Below, piece after piece: positions 9,563 through 20,091 of a DNA stretch of 64,000 bases. The position numbers and the translations under genes were made by a program. The stretch's first letter is position 1. Every line of letters starts with the position of its first letter. This stretch comes from Deltaproteobacteria bacterium TMED58 (GTDB lineage: Bacteria > Desulfobacterota_D > UBA1144). The stretch covers positions 131,392 through 195,391 of the forward strand of contig NHDL02000001.1 in the NCBI GenBank assembly GCA_002167555.2. The letters are read 5' to 3'. Below the pieces are notes generated by a model, which did not search any database, was not told the DNA's origin, and worked only from the letters and a program-made list of their open reading frames with translations.

Positions 9563-9766
9563 TTATCCACCTGGGTGAGCTGAAACAACTTCAATTATAT
9601 CGCCTTTAACGATAATTGTATTTTTATACTTTGATTTTGGTACAAATTCATTATTGACCGCCACTGCATATGAATATGAATCTGAAAAATTAGTCTTTAA
9701 GATTTTTTCCAAATTAATATCATTCTTTATCTGAGTTTTAACACCATTAATAAAAATCATCATCAA
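9563..9766 (-). CDS. thiS: sulfur carrier protein ThiS
   Basis: 67 aa, ubiquitin-like size, C-terminal GG. Sandwiched between thiO and thiG. Confidence 0.85.
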   Translation of the reverse strand: MMMIFINGVKTQIKNDINLEKILKTNFSDSYSYAVAVNNEFVPKSKYKNTIIVKGDIIEVVSAHPGG

Positions 9767-9768
9767 TC

Positions 9769-10833
9769 TTAATTATAAATGTAACTTAGGTTTTTGTCTT
9801 TTTTATCTTTTAAACATAAATCAATTACAAGGTCAGCGATTAGTGGAGATAAAAGGTAGCCGTGCCTAAATAATCCATTAACAGAAATATGTCCATCTTT
9901 TCCTTTTAAATGAGGAAGATTATCGCTGTATGCCGGTCGACAATTTGAAGATAATGATATAATTCTAGCTTCAGAAAATCTTTTGCAAATAAATATCGAT
10001 GAATTTAGGAGTTCAATTGCGGAACGTACGGATACTGGGGAAAAGTCCTCACTTTCTATTTCAGTCGCACCTATTAAATATGTGTCTTTTTCTCTTGGTG
10101 CAATATATATAGGATATCTAAAATGATTAAGTCTGATAGGCCTAGATATTTTTACTCCTGGTGCAAAGACCTTTATTATTTCACCCCTTACGCCTCTTAT
10201 ATCACTTTTACTCCTTTGTGAGCCTAATCCTGTACATTCTATAATATGATCGAAAGATTTTTTCTCATTATCTTTTAATGTAAGGGTGTTATTTTTAATT
10301 TGTTTAACTTCACAGCCATAATTAATTATCGAATTATTTTCAGTTAAATATCTTGATAGGGAATCGATAATTTGCTCCGAATCAATTTGTCCTTCCTCTT
10401 TGAAAAACACTCCATTTAAGTCAGTCGAATCGATTGCAGGTTCAAGTTTTCTAAGTTTAGAATTTGAAATTAAAGAGAAATTAGATCTTGAATAGCTATT
10501 GATCCTTGAACAAATCGATTCCAAATCAGCCACTTCTTCTTTGTGTGAGATAATTAGGCTCCCTTTTGTTTTAAAGAAAATCTTTTTATTTAAATCTTTA
10601 ATTATTTCTTTCCATCTTAAAATTGAATCAAAACCCAGGTCAAATATCTTTTTGTCACTATGAATAAGTTCACAGAATGGTGACAACATACCAGCTCCGG
10701 TGATACTACAATTTGTAAGATTAAGTTTTTTATCTTTTTCGTAGATTGTTACTCTGTGCCCTTTTTTTTGGAATTTATATCCAACCAGCAGTCCTACAAT
10801 ACCACTTCCAACTATACCAATATTTTTTTTCAC
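9769..10833 (-). CDS. thiO: FAD-dependent glycine oxidase
   Basis: 354 aa. N-terminal dinucleotide fold IGIVGSGIVGLLVGY. DAO-family layout. Operon position upstream of thiS-thiG. Confidence 0.8.
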   Translation of the reverse strand: MKKNIGIVGSGIVGLLVGYKFQKKGHRVTIYEKDKKLNLTNCSITGAGMLSPFCELIHSDKKIFDLGFDSILRWKEIIKDLNKKIFFKTKGSLIISHKEEVADLESICSRINSYSRSNFSLISNSKLRKLEPAIDSTDLNGVFFKEEGQIDSEQIIDSLSRYLTENNSIINYGCEVKQIKNNTLTLKDNEKKSFDHIIECTGLGSQRSKSDIRGVRGEIIKVFAPGVKISRPIRLNHFRYPIYIAPREKDTYLIGATEIESEDFSPVSVRSAIELLNSSIFICKRFSEARIISLSSNCRPAYSDNLPHLKGKDGHISVNGLFRHGYLLSPLIADLVIDLCLKDKKDKNLSYIYN

Positions 10834-10901
10834 TATATTATTTTACACAATGTAACTTGATGATGTAATATTTATCCCACTTATATGCTATATTCATTCT
10901 T

Positions 10902-12413
10902 ATGTTTTTTTCAAAAATTAAAAGCTTTGTCAGCATATTTATCATAGCCCTTTTAGTTTTAGGGCTTGTTTTAAGTCTGAGTGTGGGAACTGATATAGTT
11001 TCCTTCGGAATGTCTGATAAAATAATCGCAAAAGTTAATAAAGAAGAGATTACTTTGGAGGAATTTAATTATTTTAGGGGACTTAGATTCTCTGAATTAC
11101 CCAAAGAAGTTTTATCAGATAAAGATTCTATAAGAATAATTGATAGAGAGATTGTTAATACAATAGCAAGAAGAAAAGTTTCAGCATTTGAGGCTGAAAA
11201 GCTAGGTTTGTTTGTGTCAGATATTGAAATTAAAAATAAAATAAAAAATACAAATTTATTTAATAGAAATGGTCAATTTATTGGGTTTGAGGAATATCAA
11301 CTAAGAGTGAAGGATATTTTTGGATTAGGTACGGATATATTTGAACAAATTCTTAGAGAGGAAGCTTTAGCAGAAAAACTTGAATTTTTCTTCTCTTCTT
11401 TTATTTCCGTATCTGATAATGAAATAAAGAGTAAGTATATCAATGATTCTACTAAGTTAAATTTTTATATCATAAGACCAAAGAGCACAAATTATAAATT
11501 ACCAACTTTTTCTAATGAGGAAGTTGATAATTATATTCAAGAAGAAGTCACAAAATTTTCAGGTGAACCTGTCTCTTTCAGAACAGCTATTCTTGATTAC
11601 AACGATATAACTGTTGATATAGATATTACTAAGAAGGATATTGATACATTTATTTTAAATTATTCTTCTGATCAAGAGAATCTTACTGATGAAAAAGCAC
11701 GGGTTCTGATTCGTAAAAGAATAGCTTTAAATATTTTCCCTGAAAAGTTTGAATACCTTACTAAATTATCTCAAAACAAAAATTTTGAAGATATTATTAA
11801 TCAGTTAGGAATTTCCGAAGAGGCAAATAATATTAATATCCAATCATCTGAAATTTTGCTTCCACAAGATTTAATTAATCAAATCCAAGCTGCTAAGTTC
11901 GAAAATAAAAAACCTAAGGTATTTTATGCGGGTGATGCAATATGGATAATATCAAGAACAAGTAAAAATATATATTCAAAAGAGGAAGCATTAGAAAGTT
12001 TGAAGTCCCAACATCTTACAGGGTATAAAATTCAACTACTTGAAAAATTATTATCTGAAAGTCAACAGAATCATAAGTTAATATTTGAATCTATAAAAGC
12101 AAGTAGTGATTTTAGCTATGAATTTAATTATGATATAAACTTTGCTGATTTTAGTGCTGTTACCAATGATAAAGTAGGATATAAGTCTCTGAAAGAAGAA
12201 GAATTTATACCTTTTATTATAAATATCGAATCCGAGAATTTTATAATATTTATTGAGAAAATAAGAAAAGCTAATTCAGATTTTTTATTATTGGACAAAG
12301 ATAAGATTAAGAAAGACTTATCAATCCCAAGAAAGAAAAAGATTTACAGTGTTTTCCTGTCCGAAATTTATAATTCATCAACCATTGAATATAATACAAA
12401 ATATATAAATTAA
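10902..12413 (+). CDS. membrane-anchored periplasmic chaperone, PpiD/SurA-N-terminal-domain-like (no parvulin signature seen)
   Basis: 503 aa. N-terminal TM anchor, then a SurA_N-like region (IAKVNKEEITLEEFNYF..., AEKLGLFVSDIEI). No recognisable rotamase motif by eye. Confidence 0.55.
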   Translation: MFFSKIKSFVSIFIIALLVLGLVLSLSVGTDIVSFGMSDKIIAKVNKEEITLEEFNYFRGLRFSELPKEVLSDKDSIRIIDREIVNTIARRKVSAFEAEKLGLFVSDIEIKNKIKNTNLFNRNGQFIGFEEYQLRVKDIFGLGTDIFEQILREEALAEKLEFFFSSFISVSDNEIKSKYINDSTKLNFYIIRPKSTNYKLPTFSNEEVDNYIQEEVTKFSGEPVSFRTAILDYNDITVDIDITKKDIDTFILNYSSDQENLTDEKARVLIRKRIALNIFPEKFEYLTKLSQNKNFEDIINQLGISEEANNINIQSSEILLPQDLINQIQAAKFENKKPKVFYAGDAIWIISRTSKNIYSKEEALESLKSQHLTGYKIQLLEKLLSESQQNHKLIFESIKASSDFSYEFNYDINFADFSAVTNDKVGYKSLKEEEFIPFIINIESENFIIFIEKIRKANSDFLLLDKDKIKKDLSIPRKKKIYSVFLSEIYNSSTIEYNTKYIN

Positions 12414-12484
12414 TGTAATTTATATTCAAATTTATTAATATTAACTATTGCCTTTATATCTAATGTATTTTATTATTTGCAAAA

Positions 12485-15400
12485 ATGAGAATAAAGTCCT
12501 TATATATTAAAGGTTTTAAGACGTTCTATGAGAAATCCATAATAAATTTTGATTCTGAAATTTCCACAATTGTTGGTCCAAACGGTTGTGGCAAGACCAA
12601 TTTATTGGATGCGATGAGATGGGTTCTTGGAGAGCAAAACCCTAGATTACTTAGGCTGGACTCAATGTCTCAAGTTGTAGCCGATGGAAACGATAACCTG
12701 CCCAAGCAAAATTTTGCTGAAGTATCTTTATTGGTCGAGAATGAAGAAGAGAATGAGTTCATAGAAACAGAAATAAAAAGAAAGCTCTACAGATCCGGTG
12801 AGAGTGAATATTATTTAAATGGAACTCAATGTAGATTAAAAGATATTACAAATATTATAATGTCTGAAGGAGCTGGCTCCAGAAGCTTTACCATAATTCC
12901 ACAAGGACAAATTGACACTTATATAACATCTAAACCTGAAGAAAAAAAGAATTTAATTGATGAAGCAGCTGGTCTAGCAATTTACAAATCCAAGAGAGCC
13001 GAAACAGAACGAAAGATAATATTGGTTAAAGATAATTTAGAAAGGATGAGAGATATTCAGATTGAAGTAAAAAATCAAAAAGACACCTTAGAAGATCAAG
13101 CTAGGAAGGCTAAATCATATTCGGAATTAGTTGATAAATTTAAAAGTCTAGAGAAGCTTTTTTATAAAAATAGATTTAGGGATTTAAATAATAAGTTGTC
13201 AAAATTTTCAAAAGAAAAAGAAGAGTTCAGCAATATTACAAATGAATTTGAAAAAGCTAGAAGTGAAATCAAAGCAAATCTTCATACTTCTAGCGATAAT
13301 CAAAATAAAGTTGTTAAAACCATTGATGATTTAAATAATTCCTACCTAGAATTAAAAGAAGAGAAGATTGAGGTTTCTTCTGAAGTGAATATTATGCAAA
13401 AAGAAAATATGATATTAATTGATGAACTAGATAGAGTAAAAGATACTAAGAAAGATTTAAGAGATGAAGTCGATAGTATGATCCTGGAAACTGAAAATAT
13501 TAGTAAAAGTTATAAGGATTTGCAAAAAAAAATCTTTGATGCTAATGAGCAAATTAATTTCTCTTCTCATGACAATGAACGTGATTTAGATATTACTCAG
13601 GATGAAGTAAAAATTAAACTTTTAGACGCAGTTGAGCGCTACTCTTCTTTGAAAACTAGCTATTCAATTATTGAAAATGAATTAAGTGACCTATCAACAA
13701 AACAACTTAAATATGAGGATGAATCTAGTAAGTTAGAGGAATCTATTTCTAGTATTGAAATAAAAATGAGGGAAATTAAAGAAAAGTCATCAGAGCTTGA
13801 ATTGATTAGAGATAATTGTATAAAGAATAAAAAAGAGGAAACAGAGAAGCTTACTTGTATTAATACCGAGCTTAAAGATATAAATATAAAATATTCAAAA
13901 ATTCTTTCAGATCTCGAAGCTACTAATTCTAGAGTTAAAGTTTTAGAAAATATTGAGTCTACATATGGTTGGCTGCCAGAGGGTATTAGGAATTTTGTTC
14001 ATCAACTTAAAGGAAAAAGTATAAATGGTACTGTATCTGATTTTATCAAATCAAAAGAAGGATATGAAAAAGCTGTAGAATCTGCCTTAGGAGAGAAACT
14101 CAAGTGGATTTTAATTAACGATAAGAATAATACAATCGATACAATTCAAACTTTTAAGAATACATGTTCTGGTAGAGGAACTTTTATTTCTTTAGATAAC
14201 AGGAGGCTTGCTGGTGGAAGTCTAAGATTAAGCCAAATAAGCATTATGGACTGTATAGAATGTAGCCAAGAAAACCGTCCATTTTTAAGCTCAATACTTG
14301 GTGATACATATGTTTCAGATGGGTTAGTAGAAGCTATTAAAGCCAGAGAAGAATTTCCAGGGTTTAACTTTGTAACAAAAGATGGAGAATTTTTTGATGC
14401 AAATGGTTCAATATCAGTAGGATCAGCTCCAGAGAATATATTACAGATAAAAGATGAAATCAAAGATTTAAATAATCAAAAATTGGAATACGATAAGAAT
14501 ATAGATTTAGTTGGTATTGAAATAAAAAAAATCGAGGAAGAAATTTTTGATATTAACAATAGGATAAATTCTTTCGATAACGAGATTTCATCATATACGG
14601 ATTCTTATGAGGTTATTTCACGAAAACTAAATGATTTTAACTCCAGGCTATCAGGCGAGACATCTCTTAGAGAAAATATTCAATCTCAAATAAAAGAGCT
14701 TGAAGCAAGCTTGATGCTAAAAAAGAAAAAACTTGATGATATATATGATGAAATTAATGTAATAATTGAAGAAAAAGATGAGTTTGAAAGAAAGTTTAAT
14801 TTATTAGAAAAAGCTAAAGATATCTCATCCTCAGAAATTATACTTGAATCTAAAAAGACTGAAATTAAGAATCTTGAGGAATCTCTTAATAATCAGGGGA
14901 ACTCTAAAAAAAATCTTAGTGAAAAGATTGATTCAGTTTCTTTAAAAATCGAAACAGAAACAAGCAGGATTATTGAACTTGAAGATAAAATAGAATTAAA
15001 TTCCCTTAAGATAAAAAAATGCGGACAGACATTAGAGAACTTGGGACTATCCGAGGCAGGACTGGTGCAGGATATATCTGAATCGAAAAAAGAATTAGAG
15101 AATATAAAGATTAGCTTATCAAATGGTAGTTCTGAAATCGAAAAAAGCGACGAAATCTTAGAAGAAAGAAGAATTAAAGGATTTGAATTGGATTCTAATA
15201 TCCAAAAAGTTGAGATTGAAATTGAGCAATTACTTGAAAATCTCAACCCTGATATTGATGCTTCTGAAATCAAAAAGGTTAATTCCGATGAATCTCTAAG
15301 AATTGATGAATTAGAGAAAAATAATGATTTATCTAAGTCAAAATTTTATAAATTACAAAAAACAATAGAAGGTTTTGGCCCAGTAAATCTATTGGCGCCA

Positions 15401-15970
15401 GAGGAGTTTGAGAAGTTACAGGAAAGATTTGATTTTACAAATTCACAAATTGAAGATTTGGATGAATCATTAATGAACTTAAATAAAACAATTAGCAAGA
15501 TTGATGGGGAGTCTGAGACTGCTTTTATGGAAACATTTAATAAAATATCAGATAAATATGATCAATATATAAAAACATTATTTGGTGGGGGAGAGGGCAA
15601 GCTTGTATTGACTAATCCAAGCTCTATCAAAGATACAGGAATTGAAGTAATGCTTAAGATAGGACTGAAAAAATACAGAAATCTTAAGTCTTATTCAGGT
15701 GGTGAACGAGCCCTTGCAGGAATAGCACTATTGCTTTCAGCTTATTTTGTCAAACCTGCACCATTCTTATTGCTTGATGAAGTAGATGCACCCCTTGATG
15801 ATAAAAATATAGACAAATTTGGGTTGATGCTGAAAGAAATATCAGCTAAATCTCAAGTTGCAATAATTACTCATAATAAAAAAACTATGAAATTTTCAAA
15901 TAAATTAATAGGTATTACATCCAAGCTAGAGGGTTTAAGCGAGGTTATCCCCGTGGACTTATCAGAATAG
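12485..15970 (+). CDS. smc: chromosome segregation protein SMC
   Basis: 1161 aa. Walker A GPNGCGKTN. Long coiled coils and a hinge. Signature YSGGERALAGIALL. Walker B LLLDEVDAPLD. Confidence 0.95.
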   Translation: MRIKSLYIKGFKTFYEKSIINFDSEISTIVGPNGCGKTNLLDAMRWVLGEQNPRLLRLDSMSQVVADGNDNLPKQNFAEVSLLVENEEENEFIETEIKRKLYRSGESEYYLNGTQCRLKDITNIIMSEGAGSRSFTIIPQGQIDTYITSKPEEKKNLIDEAAGLAIYKSKRAETERKIILVKDNLERMRDIQIEVKNQKDTLEDQARKAKSYSELVDKFKSLEKLFYKNRFRDLNNKLSKFSKEKEEFSNITNEFEKARSEIKANLHTSSDNQNKVVKTIDDLNNSYLELKEEKIEVSSEVNIMQKENMILIDELDRVKDTKKDLRDEVDSMILETENISKSYKDLQKKIFDANEQINFSSHDNERDLDITQDEVKIKLLDAVERYSSLKTSYSIIENELSDLSTKQLKYEDESSKLEESISSIEIKMREIKEKSSELELIRDNCIKNKKEETEKLTCINTELKDINIKYSKILSDLEATNSRVKVLENIESTYGWLPEGIRNFVHQLKGKSINGTVSDFIKSKEGYEKAVESALGEKLKWILINDKNNTIDTIQTFKNTCSGRGTFISLDNRRLAGGSLRLSQISIMDCIECSQENRPFLSSILGDTYVSDGLVEAIKAREEFPGFNFVTKDGEFFDANGSISVGSAPENILQIKDEIKDLNNQKLEYDKNIDLVGIEIKKIEEEIFDINNRINSFDNEISSYTDSYEVISRKLNDFNSRLSGETSLRENIQSQIKELEASLMLKKKKLDDIYDEINVIIEEKDEFERKFNLLEKAKDISSSEIILESKKTEIKNLEESLNNQGNSKKNLSEKIDSVSLKIETETSRIIELEDKIELNSLKIKKCGQTLENLGLSEAGLVQDISESKKELENIKISLSNGSSEIEKSDEILEERRIKGFELDSNIQKVEIEIEQLLENLNPDIDASEIKKVNSDESLRIDELEKNNDLSKSKFYKLQKTIEGFGPVNLLAPEEFEKLQERFDFTNSQIEDLDESLMNLNKTISKIDGESETAFMETFNKISDKYDQYIKTLFGGGEGKLVLTNPSSIKDTGIEVMLKIGLKKYRNLKSYSGGERALAGIALLLSAYFVKPAPFLLLDEVDAPLDDKNIDKFGLMLKEISAKSQVAIITHNKKTMKFSNKLIGITSKLEGLSEVIPVDLSE

Positions 15971-15992
15971 ATCTCTATAATCTGAATTTATA

Positions 15993-18629
15993 ATGTTGAA
16001 TTTAATAAAAAAAATATTTGGTTCGGATAATAAAAGGGAGCTCTCACGAATTGGCAAACTCGTAATTTCCATTAATAAACTCGAGGAAGAAGTATCATTA
16101 AAGTCAGATTTAGAACTTAAAAAAGAAGTTGAGGTAATAAAAGCTAATATACGAAGTCCTCAAGAATTAGAAGAACATCTTGTAAGAGTACTGGCTATTG
16201 CCCGTGAAATTTCCAATAGAAAGCTTGGATTAAGACCCTTTGATGTTCAGCTTATAGGAGCTATAGCTATTCATGAGGGAAAAATTGCAGAAATGAAAAC
16301 AGGTGAAGGTAAGACCTTAGTTGCTTCATTAGCTGTAGTATTAAACTCTATTTTTAGCTCTGTACATTTGATTACTGTTAATGATTATTTAGCAAGGAGG
16401 GATGCTTTATGGATGTCACCGATTTATATATCTTTAGGACTTAAAGTAGGAATACTAAATAACGACAAGTCCTACCTTGTTGAACAAAATGCAACAGGAG
16501 AATATATTTTATCTGAATCAGAAAGAAGTGATGTTTATAAGTCAGACATTGTATACGGTACAAATAGTGAATTTGGTTTTGATTATCTTAGAGATAATAT
16601 GAAGTATTCTTTAGATGAAGTAGCACAAGGGGATCATTTCTTTGCTATTGTAGATGAGGTAGATAGTATCCTTATCGATGAGGCAAGAACACCCTTGATT
16701 ATTTCAGGCCCAACAGATAGCTCTATGACTGACTATTCAAATATTAATAATCTTGCAAAAACTTTAAAGTTAGAGGATATTACAAAAGATGAAAAAACTA
16801 AGCAAGTTTTTATTTTAGAATCTGGAATTGAAAAAATAGAGAAAAGTCTTTCTTTAGAGAACCTATATGATCCAGCAAATCTTTCTACTTTACACTCAGT
16901 AACACAGTCTCTTAGGGCTATTCATATGTATGAAAAGGATAAGGACTATGTTGTTCAGGAAGGTAAAATTGTGATAATTGATGAGTTTACTGGACGCTTG
17001 ATGCCAACTAGGAGATGGGGTGAAGGTTTACATCAAGCGGTTGAAGCAAAAGAGAGGCTAAACGTTGAGGAGGAGAATCAAACCCTAGCGTCAATTACTA
17101 TCCAGAATTATTTTAGAATGTATGATAAGTTATCTGGGATGACAGGTACAGCTGATACAGAAGCTTTAGAATTTGATAATATTTATGATTTAAAAGTATT
17201 GGTAATTCCTACTAATTCTCCGATGATCAGAGAAGATTTGAATGATTTAATATATCGAACTGAGAAAGAAAAATTTGATGCCGTTGTAGATTCTATTGTA
17301 GATTTTAATAATAAAAGAAATCCTATCTTAGTTGGTACAATTTCAGTGGAAAAATCAGAACAACTAAGCAGAGAGTTAAATAAAAAAGGAATAGAGCACA
17401 AAGTTTTAAACGCAAAGAACCATGAGTCAGAGTCAGAAATCATAGCAGATGCAGGAAAAATGGATGCAGTAACTATAGCTACTAATATGGCTGGAAGAGG
17501 GACTGATATTAAGCTAGGAGGAAATCCTGATTACATTGAGAATAATCCTTTGTCTTTAGAAAAAATAGAGAAAGAGAAAAATGATATATTGGATTTGGGT
17601 GGACTAGTTGTTCTCGGTACCGAGAGACACGAGTCTAGGAGGATTGATAATCAATTGAGAGGAAGGTCAGGGAGACAGGGTGATCCAGGAAGAAGCCAAT
17701 TTTTTGTATCAATGGAAGATGATTTAATGAGGTTGTTTGGTTCAGAGAGAATTTCTTCAATGATGACAAAATTTGGTTGGAAAGATGGAGAACCAATAGA
17801 ACATAAAATGATTACAAATTCCTTAGAAAATGCTCAAAAGAAGGTTGAAGGTAGAAATTTTGAAATAAGAAAATATTTACTAGATTATGATGACGTTCAG
17901 AATAAGCAACGTGAGGTAGTCTATGGGATAAGGAATAAGTTGTTAAGAGATGAAGAAATAAGTGAGATACTCTCAGAAATTTCAGAAGAAGTTTTTTTAG
18001 GAATCGAAAATACTTATGATAATCAACAATCTTTAAATGAAAGCGACAGTCAATCTATGATAAGTTCTTTGGGATTGGAGAGTAACATTGAGTTTAAGAA
18101 TTTACAGGAATTTAAAGACTTAGTTGAGAATAAGATTAATGAAAAAATCTCATCTCTAGGCGAACTCTATAAGCCTGTGTCAAAATATATTCTGTTAACA
18201 ACATTAGACATGAGTTGGAAAGAACATTTATTGGGAATGGACTATTTACGAGATAGTGTTGGTTTACGAGCTTATGGTCAAAAAAATCCTTTACGGGAAT
18301 ATAAAAAAGAAGGCTTTGATATGTTTGAAGAAATGGTAGAACGCTTTAATTTTGATGCTTTAAGAAGCTTTTTGGCTGTAGAGCCAGTAACAAATGAAGA
18401 AATTATTAGACTAGAAAAAGAAAAAGATAATCAAGAGAAAATGCAATATCTAAGTGATGCTGAAATAATTGACTCCAATGAGAGTGAAAATTCTCAATCC
18501 ATAATGGAAAACGATTCTGAGTCAAATAAAAATAAGATTATTTCTAAGAATAAAATGCAAAAAGAAAAAATTAAAAGAAGAAGTCTTGAAAAGAAAAAGA
18601 GACTCCAAAGGAAGAAGCAAAGGAAATGA
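15993..18629 (+). CDS. secA: preprotein translocase ATPase SecA (no C-terminal zinc finger; polybasic tail)
   Basis: 878 aa. KTGEGKTL Walker A. DEVDSILIDEARTPLIISG. TNMAGRGTDIKLGG. C-terminus is KRRSLEKKKRLQRKKQRK with no Cys/His Zn motif. Confidence 0.97.
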   Translation: MLNLIKKIFGSDNKRELSRIGKLVISINKLEEEVSLKSDLELKKEVEVIKANIRSPQELEEHLVRVLAIAREISNRKLGLRPFDVQLIGAIAIHEGKIAEMKTGEGKTLVASLAVVLNSIFSSVHLITVNDYLARRDALWMSPIYISLGLKVGILNNDKSYLVEQNATGEYILSESERSDVYKSDIVYGTNSEFGFDYLRDNMKYSLDEVAQGDHFFAIVDEVDSILIDEARTPLIISGPTDSSMTDYSNINNLAKTLKLEDITKDEKTKQVFILESGIEKIEKSLSLENLYDPANLSTLHSVTQSLRAIHMYEKDKDYVVQEGKIVIIDEFTGRLMPTRRWGEGLHQAVEAKERLNVEEENQTLASITIQNYFRMYDKLSGMTGTADTEALEFDNIYDLKVLVIPTNSPMIREDLNDLIYRTEKEKFDAVVDSIVDFNNKRNPILVGTISVEKSEQLSRELNKKGIEHKVLNAKNHESESEIIADAGKMDAVTIATNMAGRGTDIKLGGNPDYIENNPLSLEKIEKEKNDILDLGGLVVLGTERHESRRIDNQLRGRSGRQGDPGRSQFFVSMEDDLMRLFGSERISSMMTKFGWKDGEPIEHKMITNSLENAQKKVEGRNFEIRKYLLDYDDVQNKQREVVYGIRNKLLRDEEISEILSEISEEVFLGIENTYDNQQSLNESDSQSMISSLGLESNIEFKNLQEFKDLVENKINEKISSLGELYKPVSKYILLTTLDMSWKEHLLGMDYLRDSVGLRAYGQKNPLREYKKEGFDMFEEMVERFNFDALRSFLAVEPVTNEEIIRLEKEKDNQEKMQYLSDAEIIDSNESENSQSIMENDSESNKNKIISKNKMQKEKIKRRSLEKKKRLQRKKQRK

Positions 18630-18862
18630 TGAGAAACATTAAAATTACAACATCATCTATTTTAAGCATCATAATAATAGTTGGCTTAGTTTTTGTTTTT
18701 GGATCAATTTTTTTAATTATTTTGGCTATATTTTTCCTAACTAAGATTTATAGTCTTTTTTTTAAAAAGAAGAAAGTAGATGCTTCTCACGAAAGTAATT
18801 TAAAGAATGAAAGCGAAGTAGACATTGTTGATGTAGACAAAGATGATTACAAAATAGATTAA
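18626..18862 (+). CDS. small hypothetical membrane protein
   Basis: 78-aa ORF. Its start overlaps the secA stop (ATGA). It has a hydrophobic N-terminal half and an acidic tail. No family recognised. Confidence 0.4.
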   Translation: MMRNIKITTSSILSIIIIVGLVFVFGSIFLIILAIFFLTKIYSLFFKKKKVDASHESNLKNESEVDIVDVDKDDYKID

Positions 18863-19134
18863 ATATCATCAATATTATTTGCTAATTCTACATCCAAATT
18901 TGATAAGCCATCAATTGAATGAGTCGATAAATATATTTCAACTTTGTTATAAGTATTTTGAATATTAGGGTGATGGTTCAGTTTCTCTGATTCAATTCCA
19001 ACTTGCACTATAAATCCTAGTGCATCAGAAAAATTTGAGAAAATAAATTTTTTGTATAACTGATTTTTTTTTATTGACCAGGTTGGTACCATAGCTTTTA
19101 TTTTATTCTTAGGAATAACTTTAGGTTTTTTCAT
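18859..19134 (-). CDS. pterin-4a-carbinolamine dehydratase family protein (COG2154)
   Basis: EKLNHHPNIQNTYNKVEIYLSTHSIDGLS matches the PCD signature (HHP...V...L.TH). The tracked ORF extends to 19167, but MKKPKV (19134) fits homologue length better. Confidence 0.8.
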   Translation of the reverse strand: MKKPKVIPKNKIKAMVPTWSIKKNQLYKKFIFSNFSDALGFIVQVGIESEKLNHHPNIQNTYNKVEIYLSTHSIDGLSNLDVELANNIDDI

Positions 19135-19194
19135 AATAAAATGAAGATAAACAGAAAATATTAACAAGTCAAAAAAATAAATTATAATTAGTAA

Positions 19195-19728
19195 GTGTTT
19201 GAATTTTATTTATCTTTAGGATCAAATTTAGGAGATAGACTTTTAAATTTGAGAAAAGCAATTAAACATCTCTCTTTATATAAAGAAAATAATGAAGAAA
19301 TTATATTCATTGAAGAAGTTTCTAGTGTTTATGAAAGTTCTCCAATTCCTTCATCTGACCAGCCAAATTTTTTTAATATAATATTAAGAATAAAGAGCAA
19401 AATTGAGCCTATCGATTTGCTAGATATTATTAAGATAATTGAGCTTGATTTCGGACGAGACTTATCCCATAAAAATCAGCCTCGTATTATAGATATTGAT
19501 ATAATATTCGTGAGATACTACGAAAATCATATTCTAATTGAACCTAATGAATACGGTGGAAGACTAGAGGTACCTCATCCTCGGGCTCATCAAAGAGCCT
19601 TTGTTTTAATGCCCTTACTAGAAATAGATTCTGATATAATCCATCCATTGATTCATAAAACCATTAAAGAAATATTTATAAATTTAGAGAAACAAGAAAT
19701 TTTAAAATTAGGGAGTATTAGTTATTGA
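19195..19728 (+). CDS. folK: 2-amino-4-hydroxy-6-hydroxymethyldihydropteridine pyrophosphokinase
   Basis: 177 aa, GTG start. YLSLGSNLGDR N-terminus and PHPRAHQRAFVLMPL motif. Confidence 0.9.
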   Translation: MFEFYLSLGSNLGDRLLNLRKAIKHLSLYKENNEEIIFIEEVSSVYESSPIPSSDQPNFFNIILRIKSKIEPIDLLDIIKIIELDFGRDLSHKNQPRIIDIDIIFVRYYENHILIEPNEYGGRLEVPHPRAHQRAFVLMPLLEIDSDIIHPLIHKTIKEIFINLEKQEILKLGSISY

Positions 19729-19758
19729 AAACTCTAAATCAATGTATATCATTTTCTT

Positions 19759-20091
19759 ATGAGCACAAAGCCAGCGAAATTTAAATTAGGCGCAATTGTT
19801 AAGCATAAAAAGTTTCATTTTAGAGGAATAATATTTGATGTTGACCCTATATTTAATAACACGGATGAGTGGCTAGAGAGAATACCTGAAGACCGTAGAC
19901 CCAAAAAAAATCAGCCGTTTTATCATCTCTTAGCTGAGAATGAAGATAAAAGTGTTTATATAGCCTATGTTTCTCAGCAAAATCTTGAAGAGGATTTAGA
20001 GAAAGAACCATTTACACATCCGTCAGTAAAATTAATATTTGATGGAAAGGACACGGAAGGTAATTATATAGTTAAGCAATCAACTAATTGA
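19759..20091 (+). CDS. hspQ: heat shock protein HspQ / hemimethylated-DNA-binding (YccV) family
   Basis: 110 aa. KFKLGAIVKHKKFHFRGIIFDVDP and PFYHLLAEN resemble E. coli HspQ (FGIGQQVRH...GVVVDIDP...PWYHVV). Confidence 0.75.
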   Translation: MSTKPAKFKLGAIVKHKKFHFRGIIFDVDPIFNNTDEWLERIPEDRRPKKNQPFYHLLAENEDKSVYIAYVSQQNLEEDLEKEPFTHPSVKLIFDGKDTEGNYIVKQSTN

